A DNA stretch of 64,000 nt from Azolla caroliniana (Eukaryota > Plantae > Polypodiophyta). The DNA is taken from assembly GCA_043228905.1 (NCBI GenBank), contig JBHGNT010000001.1, positions 17,422,001 to 17,486,000 of the forward strand, in the 5' to 3' direction. Positions 13,281 to 25,004 of this stretch are shown here, piece by piece. Numbering within the stretch: the first letter of the stretch is position 1; every line of letters begins with the position of its first letter. The translations under genes and the position numbers were made by a program. Under the pieces are notes generated by a model that saw only the letters and a list, made by a program, of their open reading frames with translations, had not been told where the DNA came from and searched no databases.

Positions 13281-13712
13281 TGTTACGGGCATGCCCATAT
13301 AATATCCCGTGGTGAGAATTACCGTAGTATTCTATACACGTGGAGACTGTAAAGAAGGGGAGGATTACTTTTAATCCTCGGGATTGAGACAACCCATTAG
13401 GTCCAGTGTGAACTTGCTTGGGGGGCCTTGGGTATCGCTATAAAAATGAGGCCTAGCTACCCTCATTTCTTCATATCTTGACTACGTCGAGACTCTGTTT
13501 CGTGGTGGGTCAACTCTTGTGGCGAGCGCGCCAGCACCAGGTATGACTCGACGCCACGACGGTGGTATGGGACGCCAATCGAGGCTCGAGTCCGTCTCGA
13601 TCCTTTCGCTCGAGGGTGGTTGGGTGGATCAACACCCTTCTTTCTCTCTCTCCTTTCTATCTATCTATCTTTTAACCTTATCATATGCTTACCTTAGATC
13701 ATAACTCTAACA
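13281..13712 (+). repeat. 3' LTR of element A
   Basis: Follows the PPT; TGTTA..TAACA termini; TATAAAA at ~13439. Confidence 0.75.
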
Positions 13713-14019
13713 GTGTGATTGAAGGACATTGCTTCCACAAAACTCCTATATGGGTGTTTTGGGTTACATTACACACATCTTCCAAACCCATAAAAATCTC
13801 ATGACAAAGGATAAAGTGAGCCTTGAGAGTAATGCCCTCATTAGCAATATATTAAAAATACTTTTTGAATGTGTATATGAGCAATGCAATATGCAAAATT
13901 GATCAACATTTCCATTATTGTGAAAGGACACTTGATCATAAATAGAGAGTCAACACTAGCATCAATCCCTAATATGAATATGCATCCCTTGTGTTATGAA
14001 CACAATGATATTGATTTCA

Positions 14020-14350
14020 ACTCTTATGTTGTGGAAACAAAATTTTGTTTAACCGTATTTGAGAGATCAAATTTGCCAACATGCATGTAGTTGACACATG
14101 AAAACTAGGAACATGAGGCCTGATTGTTTTAATAGTGAAACCTAGGGTTGTGACCTTGGGTCATAAACAATCAAGCGTTATGAATAGAATGTTATTATGA
14201 ACAGAATGTTATTGGTCACAACCCTTATGTTGTGGAAAAGAGATTTGTATTCCGCCATAACGGAGAAGACATTTGTGAGTGTGCATGTAGTTGACACATG
14301 AAAACTAGGAACATGAAGCCTAATTCGTTTAAATAAGAAAACCTAGGGTT
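14020..14350. repeat. Degenerate ~200-bp tandem duplication
   Basis: TATGTTGTGGAAA at ~14026/14226; TGCATGTAGTTGACACATGAAAACTAGGAACATGA at ~14083/14282. Confidence 0.7.
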
Positions 14351-14600
14351 GCGAAAAAGAGATATATCTACATGCATTTACATAGATGCAAGGAGTTTTG
14401 AAGAAGCTCACAATGAAGACTTTTAGAATGTTACAAACTTACAAGTAGAGCATTTTGTGATCGACAACTTTGATTAACTCTTGCAAAAATCCTCGTGTCA
14501 CTGTTTGAGTGGACCTTGATTATAACACACCCAACTTACCGACATTGTTTACAATCCATATTAGAAGGTTCTATTATGATTGTTTCATAAAGCCATATGT

Positions 14601-14602
<2 letters not shown>

Positions 14603-14679
<77 letters not shown>
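14603..14679. repeat. (CA)n microsatellite
   Basis: Perfect AC run. Confidence 0.98.
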
Positions 14680-14680
<1 letters not shown>

Positions 14681-15769
14681 GGATAAGTATAGGAGACCCT
14701 TGGATAGTGAACTTCCAAAGCTATACAATAGGATCTCACAACTAAAAGCTTGCATTCATACGTTCCCAAACATCAAAGCTTTAAGAAATAGTCTGTAATG
14801 AAATGGATTTTTGGAAATTTGAAATTAGAAACCATTGGGTTGTTGAATGTGAAATTGTTAGGAATGTGGTCTCTTCAAATTTTAACATCACAAAAACCTT
14901 GAGTCCATATTTGTAGAAGTCCATATTTGTAGACCATGAGCTCAAACTACAAACACTCTTGAACCCACAACCTTTACGTTGCAAAGGACAAACAAGCTTT
15001 ATCATCATGCTTGTTTTGCCTCGATAACCTACATCAAGAATTCATGGACTCAAATCAATGGGGGGGCGAAGATCATTATAATGTAATCACAATTCTTTTC
15101 ACGATTACCAACATGTATGTGATATACTATTGACTCCATTGGAGCGGTTAGAAATTTGACTAACTGTGTACTATAGTAGTGTGTGGATGATACAATAAGA
15201 AAATAGTATTTCTTCAATTCAAACCCAATAGCTGTTTGACTCAGTGAATAGTGTGCAACTATAAGAAATATTTCTTCGAAGCGACTTGCCTATTCCAACA
15301 ACATTCCTAGGAATTCTAGTATGTGTGTACAAAGAGACAAATGGAAGGTTTTAACTAGTCCATGTATGTAACAATAGAAGTTGTTTCTTTTATTATGTAT
15401 GTAACAAAATTCTCACATGACAATAATGACCATGTTTAGTAACAATTTATATATTTGGCTAGCAGCTAGATATATATTGTTTTTTAGTGATTTTATTTCG
15501 TCATACTACTGTGTGTGAGTGAGTGCACTGTGTATCCGCAGCCCTTGTGGGCTTGCTTAACACACGCATAGTAGTGGTAGTAGTAGTACTATTACTGTTG
15601 TGTTGGTGGTGGTGTTTTTGGGGCCAGTACAAAAAAAGGAGTCCTTTTTCCGGGTTTCTGTTTTCCGAAGACATAAAAAAAGGCTTTCTTTCGTACGAGA
15701 GCCAAATCCATCACGTCCATTCATTTCATAATGACACCAAAATAAACTGACGATGAGCTAAGTGACAAG

Positions 15770-16425
15770 TCCTATACTACATATGTATGTATGCATAATG
15801 CATAGTATGTACATACATACACACACCGCAGCTTCAAAAAAAAGGAATGACTTAGGAGGGGGGGTGGATGCAATATGGAGGTGGAGGGCCGGGGCTTCAT
15901 TTACCATATACATACATACATACATGCATACATACATACATACATACATACATGTATGTTTATGCATCGATTAAAGTGCGACATCCTTCCCCCATCTGTA
16001 GAAGAAGGAAGAAGAAGAAGTTGATGACGTTTCGTAGTTGGGTACAAGATATATACATGTTATATGTTACCTGGCTGGCTGGCTGGCTGCCGAAGAAGAA
16101 GACGGGGACGGGATGGGTTCCATTTATTTATTATTTAAATATATGTATGTATGTACATAGTTAGTTTGGTGGACGTGTGTGTTTACTGTGATTGGAGGGA
16201 GGGAAAGTGGTTGTGGGAGGGGGGGCAGTCGGAAGAATCCAGTGACGCCAAGTACATATGTATGTATGTATGTATGTACATATATGAAAGTGGGTGAACA
16301 TATATATATATATATATACATATATCTCCCTCCCTCCCATCTTCAACACCATCTCACTTCTTCTTGCATCGCATCCCATGATCATCCATTCCAATCTCTC
16401 CAAATTTAATTCTTCTTCTTCTTCT

Positions 16426-16472
<47 letters not shown>

Positions 16473-16835
16473 TGGTCATGTGGTGGTTGCAAATAATTTG
16501 GCAATTTATTATTTCATCCTCAATCGATGAATAGTTCGTCTTTCATTTTATTTCTTTATTACTTCCCATAATAATTGTCAATAAAATGTTCATTTATTTC
16601 ATTGTTATTCATATCCATCAATGAACAATCGATTGGAAATCATAAAACTCTGCCAGTTTAAATGAACAGATTGAAAACGTTCAAACAGTTGATGATGATC
16701 ATCTCCCTATTACCAATTGAAGCCATCGCAGCCCAACTGCTTTTTCTTCTCTTTTGAATGTTGCAGTTAAGAACCCCAGGAAAACCTCCTATAAAACTAG
16801 GATTTCCTTCATTCAAATTTGTTACATACATAAAG

Positions 16836-16882
<47 letters not shown>

Positions 16883-18910
16883 GGTCTATCGAAATCCCCC
16901 CTCACCCCCCCTCCCCTGCAATCGGAAAATCAGAGCTCCTTTGTCTTTTTCTCATCGGAATTATTCCATCCATTCAGCGGCGTTTTAATTTCTAAAATGG
17001 ATTTTCCTGAAGGGTGAGATTTTGTTCTTGATTGATGTTTTCTTGAAGAATTTAACCTACTTCCATCTTAATTGAGTGCGGATATTTAGTTAATCTGATT
17101 TCTATCAATAAATGGTTTCATTGTGTGGAATAGGCTGATGAACTGTAAGCAAGATGTTGGTTTAGTAGCGGACCGATTTTTCATAGATCTCATGAGTGTG
17201 TATCAAAGTTGGGTGATACATTATGGATGAAACGATTTATGAGAGTCGAATAACCCTGCTGACTAGTTGCTATCAATTAACTGGAATAACTCTGAAAATT
17301 GAGCTATAGGTCGTGGGGATTTAATGATTGATTTATAGCCGAACTGACCAAATTAGTGGTGTGCAATATCTGGATTAGTACTGAAATTGGATCATTCACT
17401 GTGGGGGAAAAAAACTGGCCCGAGAAATATTGGGCCATTCAGTATAGGTAAACAAATGATAGTGGACAACTAAATTATGGGTAAATTAGCTGTCGATTGG
17501 GGCGATAAATTGTGGTTTGCTTATTCTGATTATTTTTGGAATGAAGTGGATAGATTTCAGGATTGAGATAATCTCATCTGAAGACTCAAGATGTAGACCG
17601 TGCCAGTTAATTAATTGGAGGGGGTGGGGAGATGATTGAGATTAACAAAAATTGGGGCAACTAATCAGCCTTTTAGCTGAAAGGTTTTGATCAGCTTCAT
17701 TTGGACGATCATTTGCTCTCCGTACCCCGTCTCTCTCCCTCTCTCGTTTGTCTTTCTCGTTCTCTCTCTTGTGTGCGTGTCTTGCGGTCTCTGCTCCCTA
17801 CCTCTTTCAATCAAATCGGAAATAAAAATAATCCAACCCACTTGTTATTCCTCTTCTTAGAACCCAATCCCTCCAGTACACTCAGGGTAAAAACCGAAGG
17901 GCTTTCTTTTTAAAGCATGAGAGAGAGAGAGAGAGAGAGAGACTAGAGAGAGAATGTGTGTGTGTGGAATGTAGAGTTACAACTTACTATGTGTCCTGCA
18001 CCCCTTTTTCTTTCACATTTGAAGGAACACACACACATACATACATACATACCCAAGTAACATGTCTGAGACTGTCAGTGAAGCGACAGATGGATAGATA
18101 GAACACACACACACACACACAGAGCTCATGAGAATTGGCCACACCAATATATTTGTCAGTGAAGGGATTGATAACCCACAGACACACCCCCACCCCACAT
18201 GTGTGTTTTGTGAATATATTTACTGATAATAATTGTACTACTACTACTACTCTTTTTCAAGAGTCACGTTTCTGCCATGCCCCTCCCCTCCCCACTACTC
18301 TCTCTCTTTCTGCGTGGATGTGTCTCTTAACTTTAGGGGGGGGGGGGGGGGGGGGGTAAACCTAATGCGCTTGCATTTTGCATTGGAAGAACATGGATAA
18401 TAATAATGGAGCATTTACACAAATTAAACACACACTTTGAGAGAGAGAGAGAGAGGGAGAGAAAGAGCCAGATATATGTATGTACGTGAATGTAGAGTGT
18501 ATGTACACGAATGTAGAGAGAGATGAGAGCATATCTCTAGAGAGTGGTGGAGACCCCCATATCCATAAATGTGTGTGTAGAGAGAGAGAGAGAGAGAGGC
18601 TGAGAGTGGCCGGCCCATTATCTGTCTCTTCTGCCTGCTTCAGTCTAATTAATCCAGAGATTGAGGCTATTGTTGGTGTCTAGAGAGAGAGAGAGAGAGC
18701 GCCATTTCTGAATCCACTTCTCGTCTGTTCTTCTCCTTGAATGCACAAATTAAACCTGAGATTGAGGCTAGATACTGGGTTTTAGAGCTTTGTTTGTACA
18801 GTTCTAGAGAGAGAGAGAGAGACAGAAGGTAGTGTGATAGATGGAGACACAGAGAAAGAGATAGAGAGAGACAACGAAAGAGAGAGAAAGAGGAGGGAGA
18901 GAGAGAGAGA
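15770..18910. repeat. Microsatellite-dense upstream region ((TACA)n, (CT)n/(GA)n, (CA)n, poly-G)
   Basis: Many short SSR tracts, free of recognisable TE coding sequence, upstream of the gene at 19706. Confidence 0.8.
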
Positions 18911-19705
18911 AACCATATCTCTGTCGTTTGTTCCTACTCTAATCTGCTCTTCTCTAAGAATTGTTGGAAAGCCTAGAATTGGCGTTACGTCTTGTTTACT
19001 CTGTTTTTATAGATTGATAGATATATGGATAGAGAGCCCATTTCTAGTGAAGGTTATTCCTCTCTGCAGTTAGTTCCCTTTCCTCATTTTCAAGAATGTG
19101 AGGGTGTTATTATTCCTGCAGAACTCATAGACCTTCCTCTTCCTCTCTTCTCGCAACCTCTTGGTGATCTTTCATCATTACAAATAAATCTTCAGGCATC
19201 CTTCCAACAACCAAGTATTCTATGAACCAGGACCTGGCTCTGGCTGGGTAATATTCCATTATATATCTCTCTTCATCCATAGTCATGGTCCATGATGTTT
19301 ATCGCTTCTTAACTGTAATGATTGAAGTCCTTTACAAGATGTACCACCATTCTGCAGGGCTCCTTCAGTCCTACACATACACTAACATGCAATCATAGAT
19401 AGATAGATACACATACGAAACACATATAAATAAATCCTCACATGTATAATAAGCGCGCATGTAAGATGAATTGGTTGTTGTGTATGTGCATGTGCGTCCA
19501 GGCAATACAGCCTTGTGAATGCAAAGTCCAGCCGATCAATCTCAGGAAAGTTTTTTGTGCATTTTCTGCAGGGCAGAACGAAACGCAAGCTAGCCTCCAG
19601 TCGTAGACAGGATGATAATTGGACGGATTGGGCAGCAAGTAAGTAAGTAAGTACATGAGGGATATCTGAGTTCTGACGGAGTGATTGTGTCTGCCCTGTT
19701 ATTTA

Positions 19706-21589
19706 ATGGACGTGAGCATTAATCCTATGGACGGCAGCTGGGTTTGTCCTCGACTCTCTTTCTCGCATGATCTGATTCAGATGCCGATGGAGCTTACGTC
19801 AGAGACAGAAAGAGAGAAGCTTGGAATCTCAGAAGAGGACTTCTCATTCGGTTTCTCAAATCTTCTGAACGATTCGGAGCTCCCCCGCCCGCACGCTACT
19901 TGTCTGATGCTCTCTCCCGATGAGCTTTTCTGCGATGGAAAGCTCCTCCCATTGGAAAGAAGGCACTCAATCGCAGGAAGAGGTCACGCCAGGACCTCAT
20001 CGATGGCGCACTATCCGCAGGAATGGTGCAGCTATGATGATGGGAATGTTGAGACGACGACGACGACGACGTTGTTGGGCATGTCCAGAAGCATCCAGGA
20101 CAAACCCCGAAGCGTATCTATGACAGTTGCGAATTCGAGGGGCAATTACAATTACTCCTTCTCCTCAGAGAGGGCATCATCATCATTATCATCATCATGT
20201 GAGAGCTCCTCTCACTCCCGGGTCTCTTCGCCTGCGAGAGAGATGCCTGCTCCTGCTCCTGCTACGACAGAGGCGAATGCAGGTGCGTGCCACATGCCCC
20301 GAGCCGCATCAACGTCCATAGAGGCAGCCTGCTCCCTGTTCCGGCCCTCATTAGCAGCATCCTCGTCCTCGTCGCCCTTGTCATCATTGTCAACGGCGAG
20401 GTACCAAAGAAGGAAATTCGGGGAGTTCTTCAAGCTTAGGAAAGGCTCGACTTCCAAGGATCATGGTGATGATGATGTGACGTGCTCAACGGCAATGCAG
20501 CTCCCGCTGGCGTCGACCGCCGTGCGAAGGGAGAGCAGCAGAGCTGCTACTTCGTCGACTGGTCGCGTCTCGACGTCCAAGTCGTTTTGGCCGTTCTCCA
20601 GGAGCAATTCCGCCGGGGAGAGCAAGTCGCCCCCGGCCTATCCCTCTCTCCCCAAGAGAAGCAACTCCTCTGGCGAAGGCAAAACTACGAACTCCGCCCT
20701 GTTGCCTACTCCCGGCATAGACACCATGGGCAGCCACCGTGCACCGTTGGTACAGCCTCTAAGGGAGAGCTCTGTGGGCGATCATCATTCTTCAAATTCC
20801 CAAGACAAGCTCCCAGGGCAAAGCTTTTATTGCACTGCCTCCAGCCATGACGAACTTCTTGAATTGCCTGTGGGAGTTACTGCCAACAGCAGTAACTCCC
20901 CTGCTACCGCAAATGACGACCTGTTGCAATTCTCTTCAGTTCCAAGTGCTGTTGCGGCTGTGGCTGCTGCCCCTGGCAGGAAGGGCTTACCACCGCTGCC
21001 CACTGCCAAGACGATCCAATGTTGTGCTACTGGAACTGGAGGCCTGCCTTCGCCTCGCCCTCGTCGTCATGACGCCCAGCCTTCGGGCAAACTGGGGGCC
21101 GATGATGGCGGTAGGCGAATGAGAAGGTTTCCCAACAGCAGCCCCTCACGGAATTTCGTGAGATCAAGTCCTGGAAGACGGCGGGGTGTTTGGAACAACA
21201 GCCCTGGGAGAGGAACATATGCAAATGGAGGGAGGGTTGCAGCAATAAGGAGTTTGGATCGAGGCAGCAAGGGCGTCGGCTTGGGGCGGCCCAAGAGCGC
21301 GCTCCGTGGAGAGGGGCAGAGGCAGAGGTCGAGGCCGAGTGCTGCCCGGGTGGTGGTCCCACCCGTACTCAATGTCCCCTACATGCCTCCCCCTCCTGCC
21401 AGGAGACCCATCATTAGTAAACCTTCTCCTCCCTCCTCCACCTCCAAATCCAAGAAGGTCTTCTTCAATACTCTGGGTGGTTTCTTCTCCAAGAAGGAGA
21501 GAGGTAGCGGGAGGGCGTACGTCCTGCTCGCCACCACCACCGCCGCCTCTTCTTCCTCTTCTTCTTCGGATTGCCGAAACGGTGGTTAG
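19706..21589 (+). CDS. Intact single-exon plant protein of the SPRISFS / DFxF / ELFxDGKLLP family (BKI1/MAKR-related motif set), Ser/Arg-rich and largely disordered
   Basis: 627-codon open frame from ATG 19706 (alternative 19727); motifs CPRLSFSHDL, EDFSF, SPDELFCDGKLLPL, FWPFSRSNS, PVLNVP, basic C-terminal patch. Confidence 0.8.
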   Translation: MDVSINPMDGSWVCPRLSFSHDLIQMPMELTSETEREKLGISEEDFSFGFSNLLNDSELPRPHATCLMLSPDELFCDGKLLPLERRHSIAGRGHARTSSMAHYPQEWCSYDDGNVETTTTTTLLGMSRSIQDKPRSVSMTVANSRGNYNYSFSSERASSSLSSSCESSSHSRVSSPAREMPAPAPATTEANAGACHMPRAASTSIEAACSLFRPSLAASSSSSPLSSLSTARYQRRKFGEFFKLRKGSTSKDHGDDDVTCSTAMQLPLASTAVRRESSRAATSSTGRVSTSKSFWPFSRSNSAGESKSPPAYPSLPKRSNSSGEGKTTNSALLPTPGIDTMGSHRAPLVQPLRESSVGDHHSSNSQDKLPGQSFYCTASSHDELLELPVGVTANSSNSPATANDDLLQFSSVPSAVAAVAAAPGRKGLPPLPTAKTIQCCATGTGGLPSPRPRRHDAQPSGKLGADDGGRRMRRFPNSSPSRNFVRSSPGRRRGVWNNSPGRGTYANGGRVAAIRSLDRGSKGVGLGRPKSALRGEGQRQRSRPSAARVVVPPVLNVPYMPPPPARRPIISKPSPPSSTSKSKKVFFNTLGGFFSKKERGSGRAYVLLATTTAASSSSSSSDCRNGG

Positions 21590-22679
21590 TTAGTCTAGAC
21601 GTTATGAATATCATACTCCCTTGCCTGGTCTCCTCTCCTCTCCTCTCCTCGCATGAATGGTACGATGCATGCATGCTTGCATGCCTCTCCTCTCCACGTA
21701 ACCAAAGCTATGTCAAACGACTGTTGTAATGTCTCTTTTGAATGTAGTGAAAATGTCCTCTTTTTTTGTGTTCCCTGGTCTTGTCGTGTCGTCGGTACAC
21801 AGCTCCTGAACTAGGTGTGGCTGAATCTTTTCCTATGTGCTCTTCTGTTTTGGACTTCAAACGTAGATGTGGTCGTTGTATCATATTTTGTATGTAAATG
21901 ACCAATGTGGATAGTCTCTTTGGTATTGAATGTCGGTCTAATCAGTTTTTGCATTCAATACATATCTGCATGGGTGTAGACAGACAAACAATTGGACTTG
22001 GAAATAGGAAATCCCACGTCCATACATTCATTGTCATTCTCTCACTCTTTATATATGTATATATCTCTTTCCTAGGTAGGAACTACAAATCTCTTAGGGA
22101 TGAGTAACAAAGGGATGTCACATGGAAGAAGGTGAGGCAAGGCATATCCTGTCATTGATGCATCCTTGGGTAGACCAATGTTATTTTATGGGTACTTTCA
22201 CAAATACCAACTACCGTCCCACTTATTAGAGTATGAGAAGCAATCTCCCGGATGATGTAATTAGGAATTTTGCAAGGGTGTCAACCAACAAAACACTAGG
22301 ACCTCTTATTGTACTCGTAGGTGTTAAGAATCTATCACTGATCAATAGGCCAAATAAAATAAACGAAAGATGAACAGACCGGATAGAAGAACTTGATCCT
22401 CTTGACCACCATTGAGCTATGATCAAGACATAATCAACCTATCTCCAAATCCCATATTGATGGATATTAGGATGACTAGTTTATTGGAATAGGTAACAAG
22501 ATATATCGTGAGCGAAAGGTGAAAGCCTAGTCTGCACCACCGGTGGCTGAAGACTTCAACCTTGTATGATGTAATGTGTTATAGGTAGGCCTCATACCTA
22601 TACTTCTTCCTAGGCCCCCTTGATGGATGTGCTTTTCTAAAAGACTCTCCATTTATTGGTTGCATGCACATATCATTCC

Positions 22680-23075
22680 TTCTATCCAATAACATTATTT
22701 CTGTCTGTAACATTATGCTCCAATGATATTTGATGCCATGGATAAAAATGGATGATGATAACAAAGAAGGATTGGAATAAGATAACATTATGCTTTTATT
22801 GGTACCGTAAATGTGGAGCAATAACTGAAGCCCGAGAGCTTTTTGATGATTTATTGCTGGTTGCAGATGTGGTACAATGGCCTGCCATGTTATTGGGCTA
22901 GATTGTGCATGATAGGAATGAGGATGCTATACAACTCTATCCTCGAATGCTTGTTGTGCAAGGTCTCTTACCTAAGATGATGACATTTTATGGTATGTTG
23001 AAAGCATGTGGCAACATGGGAGAATTGGTAGTACATACTAAAATGAAATTAGATTTTGAGATGGATGTCAGTTAA
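22680..23075 (+). pseudogene. PLS-class pentatricopeptide-repeat (PPR) gene fragment
   Basis: KCGAITEARELFDDL..DVVQWPAMLLG*..EDAIQLY.RM..GLLP..TFYGMLKACG resembles plant PPR motifs; contains stops. Confidence 0.7.
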
Positions 23076-23149
23076 ATGAAGGATCCATGGCTAGCCATTG
23101 TCTTACACAAGACAAGCTTGGGAAGGATAGTCGTTTCTTTTCCATCTAT

Positions 23150-23679
23150 TTTCTAGTTTGTAGTTGAATTTGTGTTCTGTGTATTCTCGCTCTCTCACTC
23201 TATGTTCATCTCCATCTCCATCTTTGTGTTTTACCTAATTGTCTTACTATGATATTTGGTGTATTCGGCTTAGCCGATTATGACAACAAGCTTCCATATC
23301 TTTTTATATAGTATCAGAGCACGAGGGTTAGGACAAATCCTCTACATCTGGCATTCATTGACACAGACAAGGTAATCGACAACCATTAGACAAAAATATG
23401 TACCATCTGCTCTTCCAACAGAGAAGTTGAACATATGCAACTACGCATTTTGGGAGCACAATATGTACCAGTACTTACTCGGGCACATGTACTAGAGTTA
23501 TATTGATGGAAAGAACGAACACAAGGACCTTTCGGCTTGGGAGAAAGCAACAAGCAAATTGCTTTACTGCCTTGCGTCATGTGTGCACGACTAGATGTTG
23601 GGCTACATCTGAGATGCAAAGACGCCGAAGGAGGCATGGTGTTAATTCAAGACACCTGGGAGAATTTGAAAAAGATTCT
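23150..23679 (+). mobile_element. Old degenerate Copia D (LTR end, PBS, gag start); its gag continues at 32420-32436 and 43679-43693
   Basis: Degenerate PBS TAGTATCAGAGC at ~23309; gag LPTEKL..MYQYLLGH..WENLKKIL|IVST|TAR when the inserts are removed. Confidence 0.75.
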
Positions 23680-25004
23680 TGTTGAGAGACAAGATCAACA
23701 TCGGCCAGATCGGCTGAAGAAGCCGAGGACTGGATCAGTTGGGACCGATCGGTTAGGCCGAGTGCGTAAACCGGGAGGTCGTTAGGAAAGATATTCCGTG
23801 AGGAATATATTTGGGAGTTAGTGTAGGAGCTCTCAATGAGCATTGAAGTACTGTCAGTACTTCGGTCAGTCCTTCTAGGACTTGTATAAAAGTGTTCTCT
23901 GAGCACGTCTTATGTACAGACTGAGTATTATTGTTGAATATAGTTTTTGTGTCTTCTCTCTCACTCTCTCTGTCTCTCCCGTGTATACCGTGTAAGCTCA
24001 AGCTCTCCATTAAACCTGAGTTTCCTTCCTTCTGTTCGGTCTTAATACCTGCTTCCGCACGCTACTTTTTACATGGTATCAGAGCGCGAGGGTTGAGAAC
24101 CTCTCTGCAGCCGACACGGCTTGACGAAGAAGAACGAGAAGAATGATGGATAGAGGCATGGCGAGCTCGCTTCCAACAGAGAAGCTCGACAGAACCAACT
24201 ACACGTCTTGGTCCTACAAGATGCACTAGTACCTGCTTGGGCACGGCTACTGGAGTTATGTCGAAGGAGCTCATGATGCGGCACCCGAATCGACACACAG
24301 AGACTTCCTGTCGTGGGAGGAATCGGCGAGCAGGGTATTGTACTGCTTCGCGTCGTGTGTGGGCGAACAACTATTGAGCTATGTTCGGGATGCAAAGACG
24401 CCGAAGGGTGCGTGGGAAAATCTGAAGAAGATTTTCGCCGTGAGCACCACAGCGAGGAAGCTTCAGCTCCGACAGGAGTTGAGCAACCTATGACAACGTG
24501 ACTTGTCGGTGGCGGACTATACCTCGAAGATCAAGGATATCTGTGGCTCCCTCGCCTCCATAGAGGTGAACATCGAGGAGAGCGAGATGGTCTAGATCTG
24601 TCTCGGAGGTTTGGCGTCGAAGTTCGGAGCGTTCCGAACGGCTGTGTGTACCCGGGAGAATACGCCGTCCTTTTTCGACTTACAGTCGATGCTCCTGGTA
24701 GAGGAGAACCACGCGGGTGCGTCGACGAGCACGCACACCGACAACAAGATGTTGTACACGGAGGGAGAAAGGCCCCGTGGTCGTGGCGGACGAGGCGAGT
24801 CGGTACGCAGTGGAAGCGGCCGACGAGATCAAGGAAGATGGCACCGAAGTGATGCCGAAAGCAACTCCGGACCCTCTGGAAACAGGGGGAGTCGAAGCGA
24901 TGAGAACCGACAAGGGAAGGCCATCGCCGAGTGCTGGTAGTGTGGCAAGAAAGGCCACAGGGAAAGTGAGTGCTGGAAGAAGCGCGCTGATTCGGAGAGA
25001 ACCG

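Larger units (their letters stand above)
1..13712 (+). mobile_element. Outer Ty3/Gypsy chromovirus-type LTR retrotransposon (element A), 3' part only; interrupted by elements B and C1
   Basis: RNase H (IAFESKKL..EKEL..TDHESL..VADALSR) at 1-~300. Integrase pieces at 6180-6807 and 12598-13280 rejoin when the inserts are removed. Chromodomain-like tail (ERIL..EYKIKW..DAT.E), PPT AAGAGGGGGGAGTA, 3' LTR TGTTA..TAACA. Confidence 0.85.

Noticed and set aside
14509-19073. Many short ORFs with HT, SL, RE or YI runs
   Set aside because: They are translations of microsatellites.
19354-19373. miR319/159-like complementary site or MIR319 star arm (GCAGGGCTCCTTCAGTCCTA)
   Set aside because: It needs a bulge and several mismatches, and no convincing mature-miRNA arm lies nearby.
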